Source: Deltaproteobacteria bacterium (GTDB lineage Bacteria; Myxococcota_A; UBA9160; PR03). Taken from it: a stretch of DNA of 64,000 nucleotides. Below, piece by piece: positions 45,062-57,165 of the stretch. The stretch is from assembly GCA_031362725.1 (NCBI GenBank), contig JANLTC010000233.1:12308-76307 (forward strand), written 5' to 3'. The notes beneath the pieces are model-generated. The model did no database searches. It had not been told where the DNA came from and saw only the letters and a program-made list of their open reading frames with translations. How positions within the stretch are numbered: position 1 is the first letter of the stretch; the number at the start of each line of letters is the position of its first letter. The position numbers were made by a program, and so were the translations under genes.

Positions 45062-45385
45062 GCGCGCGAGTTCGCGGAGCGCGCGCTGCATGCCAACGGC
45101 GGCGCGAACCGCGCGGATCGCGTCGTCCTCGGCGACGCGCGGCACACCGAACGCAGCGAGCACGCCGTCGCCGGGCGGCTGCACGACGCGGCCGCCGTGC
45201 ACCTCCACCGCAGCCGACATCGCGCGGTGATGGCGGTCCATCAGCCGGCGCGCGGACTCGGCGTCGAGGCGCTCGTGCACTGAGACCGAGCCGATCAGAT
45301 CGGCGAAGACGATCGTGACGATCTTGCGCGAGACGGCGTCGGCGGCCGGACGCGCCCGATGAACTTCGCTCGCCTTCGGCTCGCT
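45062..45385 (-). pseudogene. Class III adenylate/guanylate cyclase catalytic-domain fragment
   Basis: RKIVTIVFADLIGSVSVHERLDAESARRLMDRHHRAMSAAVEVHGGRVVQPPGDGVLAAFGVPRVAEDDAIRAVRAAVGMQRALREL. The frame then reads into the repeat (ARPLALALSQ). The C-terminal half of the domain is absent. Confidence 0.8.
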
Positions 45386-45715
45386 GTGTCTTCGTAGAGA
45401 TGCAGCACGATCTCGGAGTCGGAGCGCGTGCGCAGTCGGTGGCCGCGCCCTTCGAGCTCGCGCTGGATGCGTTCGTAGTCGTAGAACTCGCCGTTCACGA
45501 CCGCGTGGATCTGCTCATCCTCGTTGGTGATCGGCTGGTCGCCGGTCGCAAGGTCGATGATCGAGAGCCGCGCGTGGCCGATGCCCACGCGCGCGAGTGG
45601 CGCCACCCAGACGCGCTGGCCATCCGAACCGCGGTGGTGGAGCTCGCGTGGCGCGCCAGAGTGTCTCCTCCGGGACCGGGCCATTCGTCGAGAACACCGT
45701 CACGATTCCACACAT
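45386..45715 (-). pseudogene. asnB: Asparagine synthetase (glutamine-hydrolysing) N-terminal fragment, frameshifted
   Basis: MCGIVTVFSTNG... (Ntn Cys2), a frameshift, then LHHRGSDGQRVWV...HARLSIIDLATGDQPITNEDEQIHAVVNGEFYDYERIQRELEGRGHRLRTRSDSEIVLHLYED. It is fused directly to the cyclase fragment. Confidence 0.8.
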
Positions 45716-46950
45716 GCTGCTTCTCCTGTGATCATCCGGCGGACCTCCGCCGATGCGAGCCATGAGGCAGCGACGACCGCGAGCATCGCGGCGCCCGCGA
45801 TTGCGCAGCCCGCCGCCGGACCGAACGCACGCGCCAGCAAGCCGCAACCGAGATTGCTGAGCGGTGTCATTCCGAGGAAGCCGAGCGAGTGGACCGAGAG
45901 CACGCGCGCGCGGTTGGCGCTGCTCGCGTTCTCTTGGAACAACGCTCGGCTGGTGTTGAAGAAGAGCGAGTGCAGCATGCCCCACGCGAACACGATCGCC
46001 ACGAACGCCCAGAACGGGGGACTCGCCGCGATCGCGAAGAGGCACGCGCAGACACCCACGAGCGCCACCAGGAAGGCCCGGCCCTGGCGCCGCAGCCCGC
46101 CGCGCAGCAACACCGCGAGCGACCCGGCCATTGCCCCGAGCGAGAGCACCATCCACTGCAGCGCGAGCTCGCGGGCGCCACCTTTGTAGAAGTCGCGGAT
46201 CAGCAGCGGGCCGAGCACCTGGAACGGGCCCATGAAGAACAACCCATTGGCCGCGACGAGCAGCGCCACCGGAAGCAGGCGCGGCGAGTGCGCAACCTCG
46301 ACGAGCCCGCTCTTCAGCGCGGCGAGTGTGCCAGAGCCGTCACCGATCGCTGTCGGGCGGACATGCGCCGGCAACTGGCGCACCGCGAGCAGACCCGCCA
46401 GTAGGATGCCCGCCTGGAGCGTCAGCGCAACGGCGCTTCCGAGCGGCTCCGCGATGCCGCCGAGCCGCGAGCCAGCGGCCGACGCCGTGAACTGCACGAA
46501 CGTCGCGCCGGTGATCGCCCGCAACAGGTTGCCCCGTGCGACGTGCGACACCTGGGCGTCGCGCGCCGGCGCAGCGAATGCCTGGATCGTTCCCCACGCG
46601 AGCGCGAAGACGAGCAGCAACGAGAGCGCGAGATGATCGGAGCCGATCGCGGCGGCGAGCGCCGCGGTGATCGCCGCCGCCCCGACGTGGAGCCAGGCCA
46701 GAAGCCGTCGCAGTTCGACGCGATCTGCGAGCAAGCCCCCAAAGAGCACCAACCCGAGCGTCGGTAGCGCCAGACACATCTGCGCGACGCCCACCCACGA
46801 CGCGGACGCGCGTAGCTCCCCGACGACGAGCCACGAGAAGACCACCTGGTTCATCGAAGAGGCGAGCGCCCAACTCCCGACCGAACCCAGGAACCACGCG
46901 TACGGCGAAGGCATCGCGCGGACCGGGGCGACGATCGGGGCATCGAGCAT
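45700..46950 (-). CDS. MFS transporter (EntS/MFS_3-like)
   Basis: Twelve predicted transmembrane helices and N-terminus FLGSVGSWALASSMNQVVFSWLVV. The stop overlaps the asnB remnant start by 16 nt. Confidence 0.8.
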   Translation of the reverse strand: MLDAPIVAPVRAMPSPYAWFLGSVGSWALASSMNQVVFSWLVVGELRASASWVGVAQMCLALPTLGLVLFGGLLADRVELRRLLAWLHVGAAAITAALAAAIGSDHLALSLLLVFALAWGTIQAFAAPARDAQVSHVARGNLLRAITGATFVQFTASAAGSRLGGIAEPLGSAVALTLQAGILLAGLLAVRQLPAHVRPTAIGDGSGTLAALKSGLVEVAHSPRLLPVALLVAANGLFFMGPFQVLGPLLIRDFYKGGARELALQWMVLSLGAMAGSLAVLLRGGLRRQGRAFLVALVGVCACLFAIAASPPFWAFVAIVFAWGMLHSLFFNTSRALFQENASSANRARVLSVHSLGFLGMTPLSNLGCGLLARAFGPAAGCAIAGAAMLAVVAASWLASAEVRRMITGEAACVES

Positions 46951-47126
46951 CGACGCACGCTATCGCAGCGCGCGGCTTCGGAGCTGTGAACTGGGGCACA
47001 ACGGGGCGGCTTGGCCGCGCGAGCCCGCTCATCGCATGGCGCAGCAAGCGCCGCCCGGTCGAGATCCAGCGTGTACGGATGATGCTCGCTCTGCCCTTCG
47101 CCATGGGCTCTTCCTCCTTCCCCACG

Positions 47127-47470
47127 CTAGCGGGTGAGCAGTCCCGACTCCGAGAGCGCGCGCTCGAGCAGATCGGCGACCTCGAGGACCGACGCCCAAT
47201 GGCGCCGGTGCGCGAGATCGAGTCGCTCCCGCTGGACCTTGAGCACGCCGAGGACATCGCGCCACTTCCGATCCGAGGCGCCGCCTCCCTGCCGGTACCA
47301 GTCGCGCTTGCGAAGGATCAGGTCGAGCGCGGCTCGCCGAGAATCGAACTCGACAGCGAGCCGCCGAGGACGATCGCCAGCTTCTGCGCGGCGTTCATCG
47401 CGCGCCACGCTTCGATCTGGCGCCGCTCGATCTCGATCGAGGTGTCTCGCGATTGGGTCCGAGCCGGCAT
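47127..47470 (-). pseudogene. Chimeric remnant: small helical protein N-terminus fused to the C-terminal part of a nucleotidyltransferase-family protein
   Basis: MPARTQSRDTSIEIERRQIEAWRAMNAAQKLA in one frame, then ...LDLILRKRDWYRQGGGASDRKWRDVLGVLKVQRERLDLAHRRHWASVLEVADLLERAL* in another. Confidence 0.45.
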
Positions 47471-48132
47471 TTCGAGCAGCATACCTGCCGCCCTGGAGTG
47501 CACTCAGGAGGCAACGATCGCCCGATTCCGATCTCCCGGAGCCGGGGGGGCGGAGCACTCGCGATCGCCGCGGTGGCTGGAATCGCGTGGTGTCGGCGGA
47601 CGTCGTCGCGAGTCGCCTCAGACCCTGAGCGGGACCATGAACGGTCAAATCGTGCTCTTGACCGAGAATGAGTCTCCTGACGACTCCCGACGCAACGGGA
47701 GTGACGCGCTCTTGCTTCTTCGGACCTTGGATCGTGAGAGGATCTCGAAACCGTCGTAGCGCCAGGCCGGTATACACCAGGATCGGAGCGCTGCTGCAGT
47801 CTCCAAGACACCCGAAGAGCCCTGCGAAATGGAGCACCACGCCCGGCTTCGCTTCCCGGCGCCTCCACCATTCACGCCCTGGTCCACGACCTGCGAAACG
47901 CGCAGGCGTTCTTCTGAGTACCGAGATCGCTTCGCCGGAGCTTGTCGATCTGGACACATCAGGGCGTAGTCCGCGCGATGCAGATCGTGCGTCCACGACA
48001 ACCGATGCACGAACCGACTCCGGTCATTCCCCTGCGGCGGCCATGACAAGCCCCGAGAGGACGCAGCGCCGAGAACCAGACGCAACGCATCGCGGTTCCA
48101 ATCGGGGATTCACGATCGATCGTGAGCGTCCT

Positions 48133-48164
48133 GGCAAGTACCGGCTGAGCGCGAGAGCCGGCGG
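48133..48164 (+). repeat. Half copy (3' part) of the ~85-nt element
   Basis: GGCAAGTACCGGCTGAGCGCGAGAGCCGGCGG matches CAGTACCGGACTGAGCGGGAGAGCCAACGG of copy 54962-55047. Confidence 0.65.
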
Positions 48165-48251
48165 CTGGCCGGGCGCATGACGCTGAACCCGACCTGATCG
48201 GGTTGTCAGCTTTTGAAGCAAGAGTGTTGCGCTAGCCCGTACAGCGTTTAG

Positions 48252-50531
<2,280 letters not shown>

Positions 50532-50545
50532 TCCCGGAGCAGGAC

Positions 50546-50755
50546 TCACTCGCAAGTGTGAACGGAAGCGCGTTCTGACTCGAGAATGAATGAACGGCGG
50601 CGTTCGATGCGCAGCGCAGCCTCGAGCGGGAGGTGCTCCGCACCGATCACCGCACGCAGGACTCCTGCCACGGCGATCGGCGGCTGCGCGGGCAGCGGGG
50701 CCAACGGCGGGCGAGCAGACGCAGATCCCGTACAGATCGCGATCAGCGTGATCAT
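50546..50755 (-). CDS. Possible small hypothetical protein
   Basis: A 69-aa ORF with G/C-rich third positions, convergent with katG. No clear RBS and no homology recognised. Confidence 0.25.
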   Translation of the reverse strand: MITLIAICTGSASARPPLAPLPAQPPIAVAGVLRAVIGAEHLPLEAALRIERRRSFILESERASVHTCE

Positions 50756-50788
50756 GTTGAGAGCGCGCGTGCGATGGGGAACGCACGA

Positions 50789-50911
50789 CTATTTCTTGGA
50801 CACGTTGTTGATCACGACGACCAGCAGGACCACCACCAGTACGCCGATCAGCGTCCAGATCCACATCCCTCCGCCCATGGACCCACTCATCCATCCGTCT
50901 GCATGATTCAT
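50789..50911 (-). CDS. Small Gly/Met-rich single-pass membrane protein (40 aa)
   Basis: MNHADGWMSGSMGGGMWIWTLIGVLVVVLLVVVINNVSKK. The ATG shares 1 nt with the upstream TGA. Confidence 0.55.
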   Translation of the reverse strand: MNHADGWMSGSMGGGMWIWTLIGVLVVVLLVVVINNVSKK

Positions 50912-51357
50912 CACGAAGCTCCTTTCGTTGCGCTGCGGCCCGCCCACCACCGGGCGAACAGGAACGTGAGCGGCGGCAGCAGCGTCAATTGGAGCAGCGG
51001 CCACAAGCCCGCGCCGAGCACGGGCACCACGGGCATGCGCTCGGTGTACGACCAGCGCCCGGCGGCCAGCGCCGCATGTTCCACCAGCGCCCCAGCTGCG
51101 AGCCCCAGAACAGCGGCCGTGGCGTAGTGGTTCCAGCGTCCGCGCAAGCCCCAGCCGAGATCAGCGGCGATCAGCGCGCTCGCCGCGTAGAGCATCAAGA
51201 TGATTCCCACATCACCCGCCGCCGCCCGCGTACAAGTACCGAGCGTGCTCGTCCAGGATCGCCCCACCATTTCGACATATGCGGACATCTGCGCCATTTC
51301 CCAGATTTCGTTCACGACGAAGCCCGCCAACACCGTCGTCGTGAAGAACCGCATCAA
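50911..51357 (-). CDS. Hypothetical four-helix membrane protein
   Basis: Hydrophobic segments (FFTTTVLAGFVV, VGIILMLYAASALIAA, YATAAVLGLAAGALV, LWPLLQLTLLPPLTFLF). Translationally coupled to the small protein downstream. Confidence 0.6.
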   Translation of the reverse strand: MMRFFTTTVLAGFVVNEIWEMAQMSAYVEMVGRSWTSTLGTCTRAAAGDVGIILMLYAASALIAADLGWGLRGRWNHYATAAVLGLAAGALVEHAALAAGRWSYTERMPVVPVLGAGLWPLLQLTLLPPLTFLFARWWAGRSATKGAS

Positions 51358-51569
51358 CCGCCACCAAGGCAGGCCGCTCGAAGCGACTCTACTTCTGCTG
51401 TGCCTCAGAACGTCTCACTAACCGTCGGTTCGATACGTTGCTCGCCGTTGTGTTCGTGTCGTACGCCGCTGATCGTGTCGTAGACCACCTTCCGCACGCG
51501 GTTGACGACTCCGAGCGGGCGGTGTCCTACACGCGCGTGGCACGGCGAGTAGGAAAGATTCTCGCAGAA

Positions 51570-51652
51570 CTCGGAGCATAGTAAGTACAAGCAGGCTTTT
51601 TGTCCGACTACGAGTTCCATGCCGATTCCTGGCTGAGCGCGAGAGCCAACGG
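51570..51652 (+). repeat. Full copy of the ~85-nt element (subtype 1)
   Basis: CTCGGAGCATAGTAAGTACAAGCAGGCTTTTTGTCCGACTACGAGTTCCATGCCGATTCCTGGCTGAGCGCGAGAGCCAACGG. Confidence 0.9.
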
Positions 51653-51838
51653 CTTCCGACAGCTCGATCGTGTCGGACCCGTCAACGCGTTGGCCTCCTG
51701 GATCGCAGCGCGCAGCGTACAGATGTCCGTCGTCACCGAGCAGAAGCCGTTACCCGGTACCGCGTCGGACAGATCCGCCGTCGAGTCGACGACGACGGTC
51801 GTGGCGCCGGCATCGAGCGCGAGCAACGAAGAATTCAT
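51653..51838 (-). pseudogene. CSLREA-domain protein N-terminal fragment
   Basis: VVVDSTADLSDAVPGNGFCSVTTDICTLRAAIQEANALTGP, then a 1-nt frameshift (restoring it gives DTIELSEA), and the frame reads into the repeat (PLALALSQ). Confidence 0.7.
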
Positions 51839-51913
51839 CGGCACGACGTGACGCAAAGGATCCCCCTCACCAACCCTCCGCGCAGCCAACCGATGCGAAT
51901 CTCGAACGCGGCC

Positions 51914-53032
51914 CTACGATGGCCTGCGAGACGATCCGCCCCGTCGAGCCGAGGCCAGCGCAAACAGCGCACTCGCGGCGAACCAACCGAGCGCCGCAGC
52001 GTCTGGTTCTGGCATGAAGACTGCGATGCCATCCGCCGTCGTCGCAACCGGCAGGTCCGGCGTGAGGATCGACTGCGTCCAGGCCGCGGCCGGGTGCGAA
52101 CGCTCGATGCGCACGATGCGCGCCGAGATGCCGCCTGTGTAGTCGTAGTCGACGACATAGAAGCGGTCGGCGCCTGGTTCGTTAGCGAGGAGCGTAGGGC
52201 AGCGCAGCAAGCCGCCTTCGGACTCGATCTCGATTCCGGAGGGCGGTGTAATCAAGATGAGGCCGGGGCCGCCGCTCGGCAGACAGACCAGGTCCGATTC
52301 CCGAAGGAACGTCCGAATGGCATACAAGCGCGGCCCGGCGGGATCGGCGCCGCCGATCGCGACGCCCGTGATGAGCCGGAGCGCCAGGTCTGTGCCGACG
52401 AGTTGCAGGTTCGTCGCGTAGGAATCGCAGCAGGATCCGTTCTCTCGGAGGTAGAACAGGCCCGCAAGCGTGGCCATGTAGATATTCGGATTGGTGAGGT
52501 CGCTCTCGACGGCGAGCGTGGTCACGTTCGCGAGACTGGCTTCTGAGAGGTACACCGAGGTGCTCCAGCCGCTCGAGAAGCTCTCACTTGCGTACGAAAC
52601 GCCGGCGCTGCCCGCCACGTAGAGCTGATCGCCGGACAGGAATCCGGGCCGGGTCGCGAGCGCACGCGGGGTGTCGATCGTGATCGCGTAGGTGCTGCCG
52701 CCAAAGGGATCGAAGTCTCGATGGTAGAGGTAGCTCTGCTCGCCCGTCGCCGGATCGATCCGCACGATGTGATCGCTCACGGTGTCGCCGACATAGATCG
52801 TTCCGTCCGATCCGACCGTGATGCCGCCCGGCTGGGCCAGCAGGATCGGCGATCCCTCGGGCGGCAGCAGCGGCTCGACCTCGCCCGTTTGCTTGCGAAC
52901 GATCAGCACCCGCGAGCCATCGAAGTCGGTGACCAGCAGATCCCCGCGGCCCGGCGGCGTGGCGACCGCCATCCGCGGGACGAAGAGCGCGGCGATCAGC
53001 ACGGCACAGGAGATCCGGCGGAACAGGAGCAT
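51914..53032 (-). CDS. Beta-propeller-like PEP-CTERM protein
   Basis: Signal MLLFRRISCAVLIAALFVPRMAVA. NHL-like strands (DGTIYVGDTVSDHIVRIDPATG, DQLYVAG). The tail is VFMPEPDAAALGWFAASALFALASARRGG. Confidence 0.8.
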   Translation of the reverse strand: MLLFRRISCAVLIAALFVPRMAVATPPGRGDLLVTDFDGSRVLIVRKQTGEVEPLLPPEGSPILLAQPGGITVGSDGTIYVGDTVSDHIVRIDPATGEQSYLYHRDFDPFGGSTYAITIDTPRALATRPGFLSGDQLYVAGSAGVSYASESFSSGWSTSVYLSEASLANVTTLAVESDLTNPNIYMATLAGLFYLRENGSCCDSYATNLQLVGTDLALRLITGVAIGGADPAGPRLYAIRTFLRESDLVCLPSGGPGLILITPPSGIEIESEGGLLRCPTLLANEPGADRFYVVDYDYTGGISARIVRIERSHPAAAWTQSILTPDLPVATTADGIAVFMPEPDAAALGWFAASALFALASARRGGSSRRPS

Positions 53033-53320
53033 CGCGCCCTCCAACGTCCACCACGCTACCGCCGTAGGTTCGGCAGCGCTCGGCTCCGGTAGCCGCTGCG
53101 GGTCGCTTTCCGAACCACTGCAGTCATTCGGCGACGCAAGCAGGTCCGTCAAAAAAACCCTCCAGAGCGGGTGGCGATTTGTCTCGTAGCGGATACCCGT
53201 CAAACGACGACGCGAAGCATGAGCATCATAGGGATATGGCGTCTCCGAGCAGGTGCCTCCCGAACCCGCCGGGGATCCTCGAGTTGGTGATGCAACGATC
53301 CCAAACGAGATTACACACCG

Positions 53321-53562
53321 ATGGAACGCGTTCTGGGAAACGACGTCCATGCTGCGAACTGCACGCTCGCGGTGATCTCGCAGGCGGGCAAGCGCCTCAC
53401 GGACTTCCCGATCGAGACCAACGGCCACGCGCTGGTCGAGGTGATCCGGAGGATTCCGGGTCGCAAGCATTTGGTCTTCGAGGAAGGCATAGAGAGTACT
53501 TGGCTCTACGAAACGCTGAGTCCCTGACGTGCAGGCCGTCGACTTGCGTGCCAAGGTCTAGT
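53321..53562 (+). mobile_element. IS110-family transposase N-terminal remnant
   Basis: MERVLGNDVHAANCTLAVISQAGKRLTDFPIETNGHALVEVIRRIPGRKHLVFEEG matches the DEDD N-terminal pattern (GxDVH...avvd..G...n...G...l). It is truncated after ~70 aa. Confidence 0.6.
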
Positions 53563-53694
53563 CATGGCGAGACCCGCTTCTGTCGCCGATCACTTGGTTG
53601 CTCGTGAACGCGAGCGAGCCGGGCGCCTCGGGTTCGGGGAGCGCGCGCGCGAACGGCACGCTGGACGACGCCACTCGGTCGCAATGGGGTTCGA

Positions 53695-53943
53695 TTGAGT
53701 CTGCTCGCAGCAGTGGCTTCGAGGCTCGAAGAGGCCGGAATTTCCTTCGCGTTGCTACGAGCGGGCGCGGTCGCAGTCCACGGCGTGGCACGCGCCACGG
53801 GTGATGTCGACTTGCCGACCGTCGCCTCCGATGCACTTCGGCCATCGACCTGGCGTGCTCGGAGAATCAGCGATCGCTGCCTGGCTTCGCGTACTCGGGT
53901 GAAGTGGCTGGGTGACACCAAAGAGTTCGAGACGAATCCGTGA
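53695..53943 (+). pseudogene. Nucleotidyltransferase-family N-terminal fragment (possibly a short intact ORF)
   Basis: LEEAGISFALLRAGAVAVHGVARATGDVDL matches the hG..R.T.DiDl NTase motif, but the rest is Arg-rich and unlike the family. The stop overlaps the thioesterase GTG (GTGA). Confidence 0.35.
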
Positions 53944-54380
53944 CCGAGTCGGGCCAATCCGACGACCCCGTCGACCGCGCGCGACGCATGAACGAGTTCT
54001 TCGGCCCGCTCGTGCCCGGCCAGCTCGGCTGCGTCTTCGATCACGCGGGGACCGACCTGGTGCTCGGACACATCGATGTGACCGAGAACCTGATCGCCGG
54101 CACCGGCTTCCTGTTCGCGCCGGCGGTCGTCGCGCTCGCGGACACCTGCGCGGCGATCGGCTGCGGCGCGAACATTCCAGCCGGCGCGTCGTTCACGACG
54201 ATCGAACTGAAGTCGAACTTCCTGGCATCGGCGCGCGTCGGCGAGCGCGTGACGTGTCGCTGCACACCGGCGCATCTCGGCCGCCAGACCCACGTCTGGG
54301 ACGCGGTCGTCGCCAACGAGACGACGGGCCGCACGATCGCGCTCTTCCGCTGCACGCAGATGGTGCTGCTGCGTCGTTGA
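53940..54380 (+). CDS. PaaI/hotdog-fold thioesterase
   Basis: 146 aa. GHIDVTENLIAGTGFLFAPAVVALADTCAA...TIELKSNFLASARVGERV...GRQTHVWDAVV is typical of the PaaI family. Confidence 0.8.
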   Translation: MTESGQSDDPVDRARRMNEFFGPLVPGQLGCVFDHAGTDLVLGHIDVTENLIAGTGFLFAPAVVALADTCAAIGCGANIPAGASFTTIELKSNFLASARVGERVTCRCTPAHLGRQTHVWDAVVANETTGRTIALFRCTQMVLLRR

Positions 54381-54517
54381 TTCGCGCGACACTGGATCAC
54401 GATGTCGTTCCAGGCGCCTGCGCCGAGCGCGTCGAAGCTCGCTCCTGCAGCAGCCAGCATCTCCTCTCCGTGTGTCACCCAAGGTCGCGAGCTGAGGCTG
54501 TCGGATGGGCAAGAGAT

Positions 54518-54961
54518 TCATTCTCGGATGCGAATCCCGCTTGGACTCGTCGTGCCCTTTGCGCGACGAGTCGCAGAAGCGCGGACCCGGAAGCCCGTGA
54601 GCAGGCCGAGCGCCGCCCAAGCCATCCCTTGGGCAAGCCCACGCGGTGGGGCCGGGACTACCGCGAGCGCGCCCAGCGGGTTGATCGACAGCTCGAGACC
54701 GCTGTTCGATCCGGCCCCGCCGAGGTCCCCCACGGTGAAGGACTCGCCGCTGTCGAGGCTTAACCCGAATGTGTAGGACCAGCTGCCAGGCGCGTTGACG
54801 ACGAGCGACGCCGAGTACTCATCGTTGTTGGCGATGTCCAGCTCGAACGCAGCAGGCGCCCAGGTCCACGCGGCATCCGCGCGCGGATCCGTTCCCGGCG
54901 CGCGACAGCCGGCGTCCGCACGGATCGAAGCGTTGGAACCGAATGACTCCGTCGCGCCAGC
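54518..54961 (-). pseudogene. 5'-truncated gene ending in a PEP-CTERM-like tail
   Basis: ...SWSYTFGLSLDSGESFTVGDLGGAGSNSGLELSINPLGALAVVPAPPRGLAQGMAWAALGLLTGFRVRASATRR. The upstream part of the frame is the reverse complement of the repeat, so the N-terminus is missing. Confidence 0.6.
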
Positions 54962-55047
54962 CTCGAGGAGCATAGGAAGAACAAGCGGGGTTTTGGGTCC
55001 GATAACGGGATCTATGTCAGTACCGGACTGAGCGGGAGAGCCAACGG
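54962..55047 (+). repeat. Full copy of the ~85-nt element (subtype 2)
   Basis: CTCGAGGAGCATAGGAAGAACAAGCGGGGTTTTGGGTCCGATAACGGGATCTATGTCAGTACCGGACTGAGCGGGAGAGCCAACGG. Confidence 0.9.
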
Positions 55048-55175
55048 GCGCCGATCGCGTCGACTCGATCTGAGAAGCCACCGCGGAGAGCGGTGCGGCG
55101 TCAGACTCGTTGCTCGTCGAGTCGATTGCGCTTAGCGCGCGTGGGGTCCGAGGCGACGCGCAACCACCAGGACGC

Positions 55176-56471
55176 TCACGAGGCCTGCTCGACGTCGAGG
55201 CGGGTGAGTCCCCGCAACACCGGGTTGGGCCGGTACTCGGGGCGGTCGTCGACGAGTTCGAGCTTCGGGAAGCGCCGCGTGAGCGCCTCGAAGGTGAGCT
55301 GCGCTTCGAGGCGGGCGAGCGGCGCGCCGAGACAGAAATGTGTTCCGAAGCCGAATGCGAGGTGCGGGTTCGGGTCGCGGGCGAGGTCGAGTTCGTCGGG
55401 GTTCGCGAAGACCGCGGGCTCGTGGTTGGCGGCGCCGATCGAGATGAGTACGAGCGCGCCCGCAGGGATCGCGTGTCCGTCGATCGTCACGTCCTCGAGC
55501 GCCACGCGCAGCGTCGCCTGCACGGGTCCGTCGAAGCGCAGCAGCTCCTCGATCGCGGTCGGAAGCAGCGCGGGCTCGGTGCACAGCCGGCGCCACGCGT
55601 CGGGCTCGCGGAGCAGCGCGAGGACGCCGTTGCCGACGAGGTTCGTCGTGGTCTCGTGCCCGGCGAGCAGCAACAGGTTACTCGTCGCGAGGAGCTCGGC
55701 ATCGCTCAGGGCGTCGCGTTCCTCCTGGGCCTGGATCATCGCGCTGATCAGGTCCTCGCGCGGCGCGCGGCGGCGATCCGCGATGGTGTCGGCGAGGTAG
55801 CCGAAGAGGTGCCGCCCGGCCTCGGTGGCGACGGCGCGCGCGTCGGCGCTGGTCGACGCGATGCCCGAGATCAATGCGCTCGACCACTCACGGAATTGGC
55901 GATGGTCGCTGGCCGGGACGCCGAGCAGCTCGGCGATCACGATCGCCGGCAGCGGCTCGGCGAGATCGCGGATCACGTCGAAACGGCCGCGCTCGGCGGC
56001 CTCGTCGAGCAGCGTGCGTACGAGCGACTCGATGTGATCGCGCAGCGCCGCGATGCGCTTCGGCGTGAAGGCCTTGTTCACGAGCTTGCGCACGCGGGTG
56101 TGGTCGGGCGGGTCCATGATCAACATCGAACGCAGGCCCTGTGAGCTCTGGCGCAGGAATTCGGGCATGCGATCGAGGTTGTCGCGCACGAGCGGGGCGC
56201 GGATGCGCTCGACCGAGAAGCGCGCGTCGCGCAGCACGTCATGCACGTCGCGATAGCGCGTCAGCATCCACATGCCGGGGCCGTCCCAGCCGGGGACCGG
56301 CACCTCGAGCACGGGGCGCACGGTCCGGATCAGGGAGTAGATCGGGTAGGGGTTCTCGAGTGAGCCGGCGCTGCGGAGCGGGAGCAGCAGGTCGAACTCG
56401 CCCGCGCCTCCGCTTCGAGCGCCGGCGCGCACCGGGGACTGGACGGGGGAGGTCGGGGTTGCGGAGGCCAT
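55176..56471 (-). CDS. Cytochrome P450
   Basis: Heme-thiolate loop FGFGTHFCLGAPLAR, ExxR (EELLRF), and I-helix LLLAGHETT. Confidence 0.95.
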   Translation of the reverse strand: MASATPTSPVQSPVRAGARSGGAGEFDLLLPLRSAGSLENPYPIYSLIRTVRPVLEVPVPGWDGPGMWMLTRYRDVHDVLRDARFSVERIRAPLVRDNLDRMPEFLRQSSQGLRSMLIMDPPDHTRVRKLVNKAFTPKRIAALRDHIESLVRTLLDEAAERGRFDVIRDLAEPLPAIVIAELLGVPASDHRQFREWSSALISGIASTSADARAVATEAGRHLFGYLADTIADRRRAPREDLISAMIQAQEERDALSDAELLATSNLLLLAGHETTTNLVGNGVLALLREPDAWRRLCTEPALLPTAIEELLRFDGPVQATLRVALEDVTIDGHAIPAGALVLISIGAANHEPAVFANPDELDLARDPNPHLAFGFGTHFCLGAPLARLEAQLTFEALTRRFPKLELVDDRPEYRPNPVLRGLTRLDVEQAS

Positions 56472-56500
56472 CCTATTACTCCTCGGGCGCGCGATTGAAA

Positions 56501-56520
56501 ATGACCGACTAACCGGTCAT
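56501..56520. promoter_or_regulatory. Candidate TetR operator palindrome in the P450/TetR divergent intergenic region
   Basis: ATGACCG-ACTAAC-CGGTCAT has perfect 7-bp inverted arms. It lies 10 nt upstream of the TetR start. Confidence 0.5.
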
Positions 56521-56529
56521 GATAAGCCC

Positions 56530-57165
56530 ATGCCTCGCATCGCCGCAAGCGCTCGCGACGCCTTCTACGAGACCCGGCGCCAGGCTTTGGCCGATGTCGC
56601 GCTGAAGCTCTGGGGCGAGCGCGGCTACGACGGCACGTCGGTCGCGACGATCGCCGGCGAGGCCGGGATCGCGAAGGGCACCTTCTACCTCTACTTCGAG
56701 ACCAAGGGCGCGCTGCTGCTCGAGGTGCTGCGGCGCAACTCGCTGGTGCCGAACGTCCTCGCCCTCATCGACGACTTGAAGACGCGCAGCCTCGAAGAAG
56801 CGGTGCACGGCTTCGTGCGCGGCGCCTGGCGGCATCTCGACTCGCAGCGGAATCTGCTGCTCGTCGCGCTGCGCGAGATGCCGACACACCTGGCCGAGGC
56901 CCGCGACGCCGTCGCGCGCGTACTGGTGCCCGCAAACGCGGCCCTCGCTCGCGATCTCGACGCGCGCATTGGTCCGGCGCGTGCGGGGGAGATCTCGACG
57001 GTGATCGCCGTGCGCGCGCTCATCGGGATGATCGTCGTCACGTTCGTGACCCAGGAGATTCTCGGCGCCGGGCTGCTGCTCCCGGTGCCGGAGGCCGAGA
57101 TCACGAAGACGATCGCCGAGATGTTCCTCCGCGGTGTCGCGCCCCAGAAAGAGAGTGCCTCGTGA
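56530..57165 (+). CDS. TetR family transcriptional regulator
   Basis: HTH region GYDGTSVATIAGEAGIAKGTFYLYFETK. Confidence 0.9.
   Translation: MPRIAASARDAFYETRRQALADVALKLWGERGYDGTSVATIAGEAGIAKGTFYLYFETKGALLLEVLRRNSLVPNVLALIDDLKTRSLEEAVHGFVRGAWRHLDSQRNLLLVALREMPTHLAEARDAVARVLVPANAALARDLDARIGPARAGEISTVIAVRALIGMIVVTFVTQEILGAGLLLPVPEAEITKTIAEMFLRGVAPQKESAS

Noticed and set aside
47500-48130. Possible gene in the 630-bp stretch before the half repeat at 48133
   Set aside because: All six frames give only short or low-complexity ORFs, with frame-hopping hints of coding bias. This is probably degraded remnant DNA, and I could not assign any family.
51405-51575. Minus-strand ORF (NLSYSPCHARVGHRPLGVVNRVRKVVYDTISG...) and a plus-strand frame ending ...VGKILAELGA* at the repeat
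   Set aside because: Both frames look vaguely protein-like, but neither has a start codon with an RBS or a motif I recognise. I leave this as an unassigned fragment to the left of the 51570 copy.
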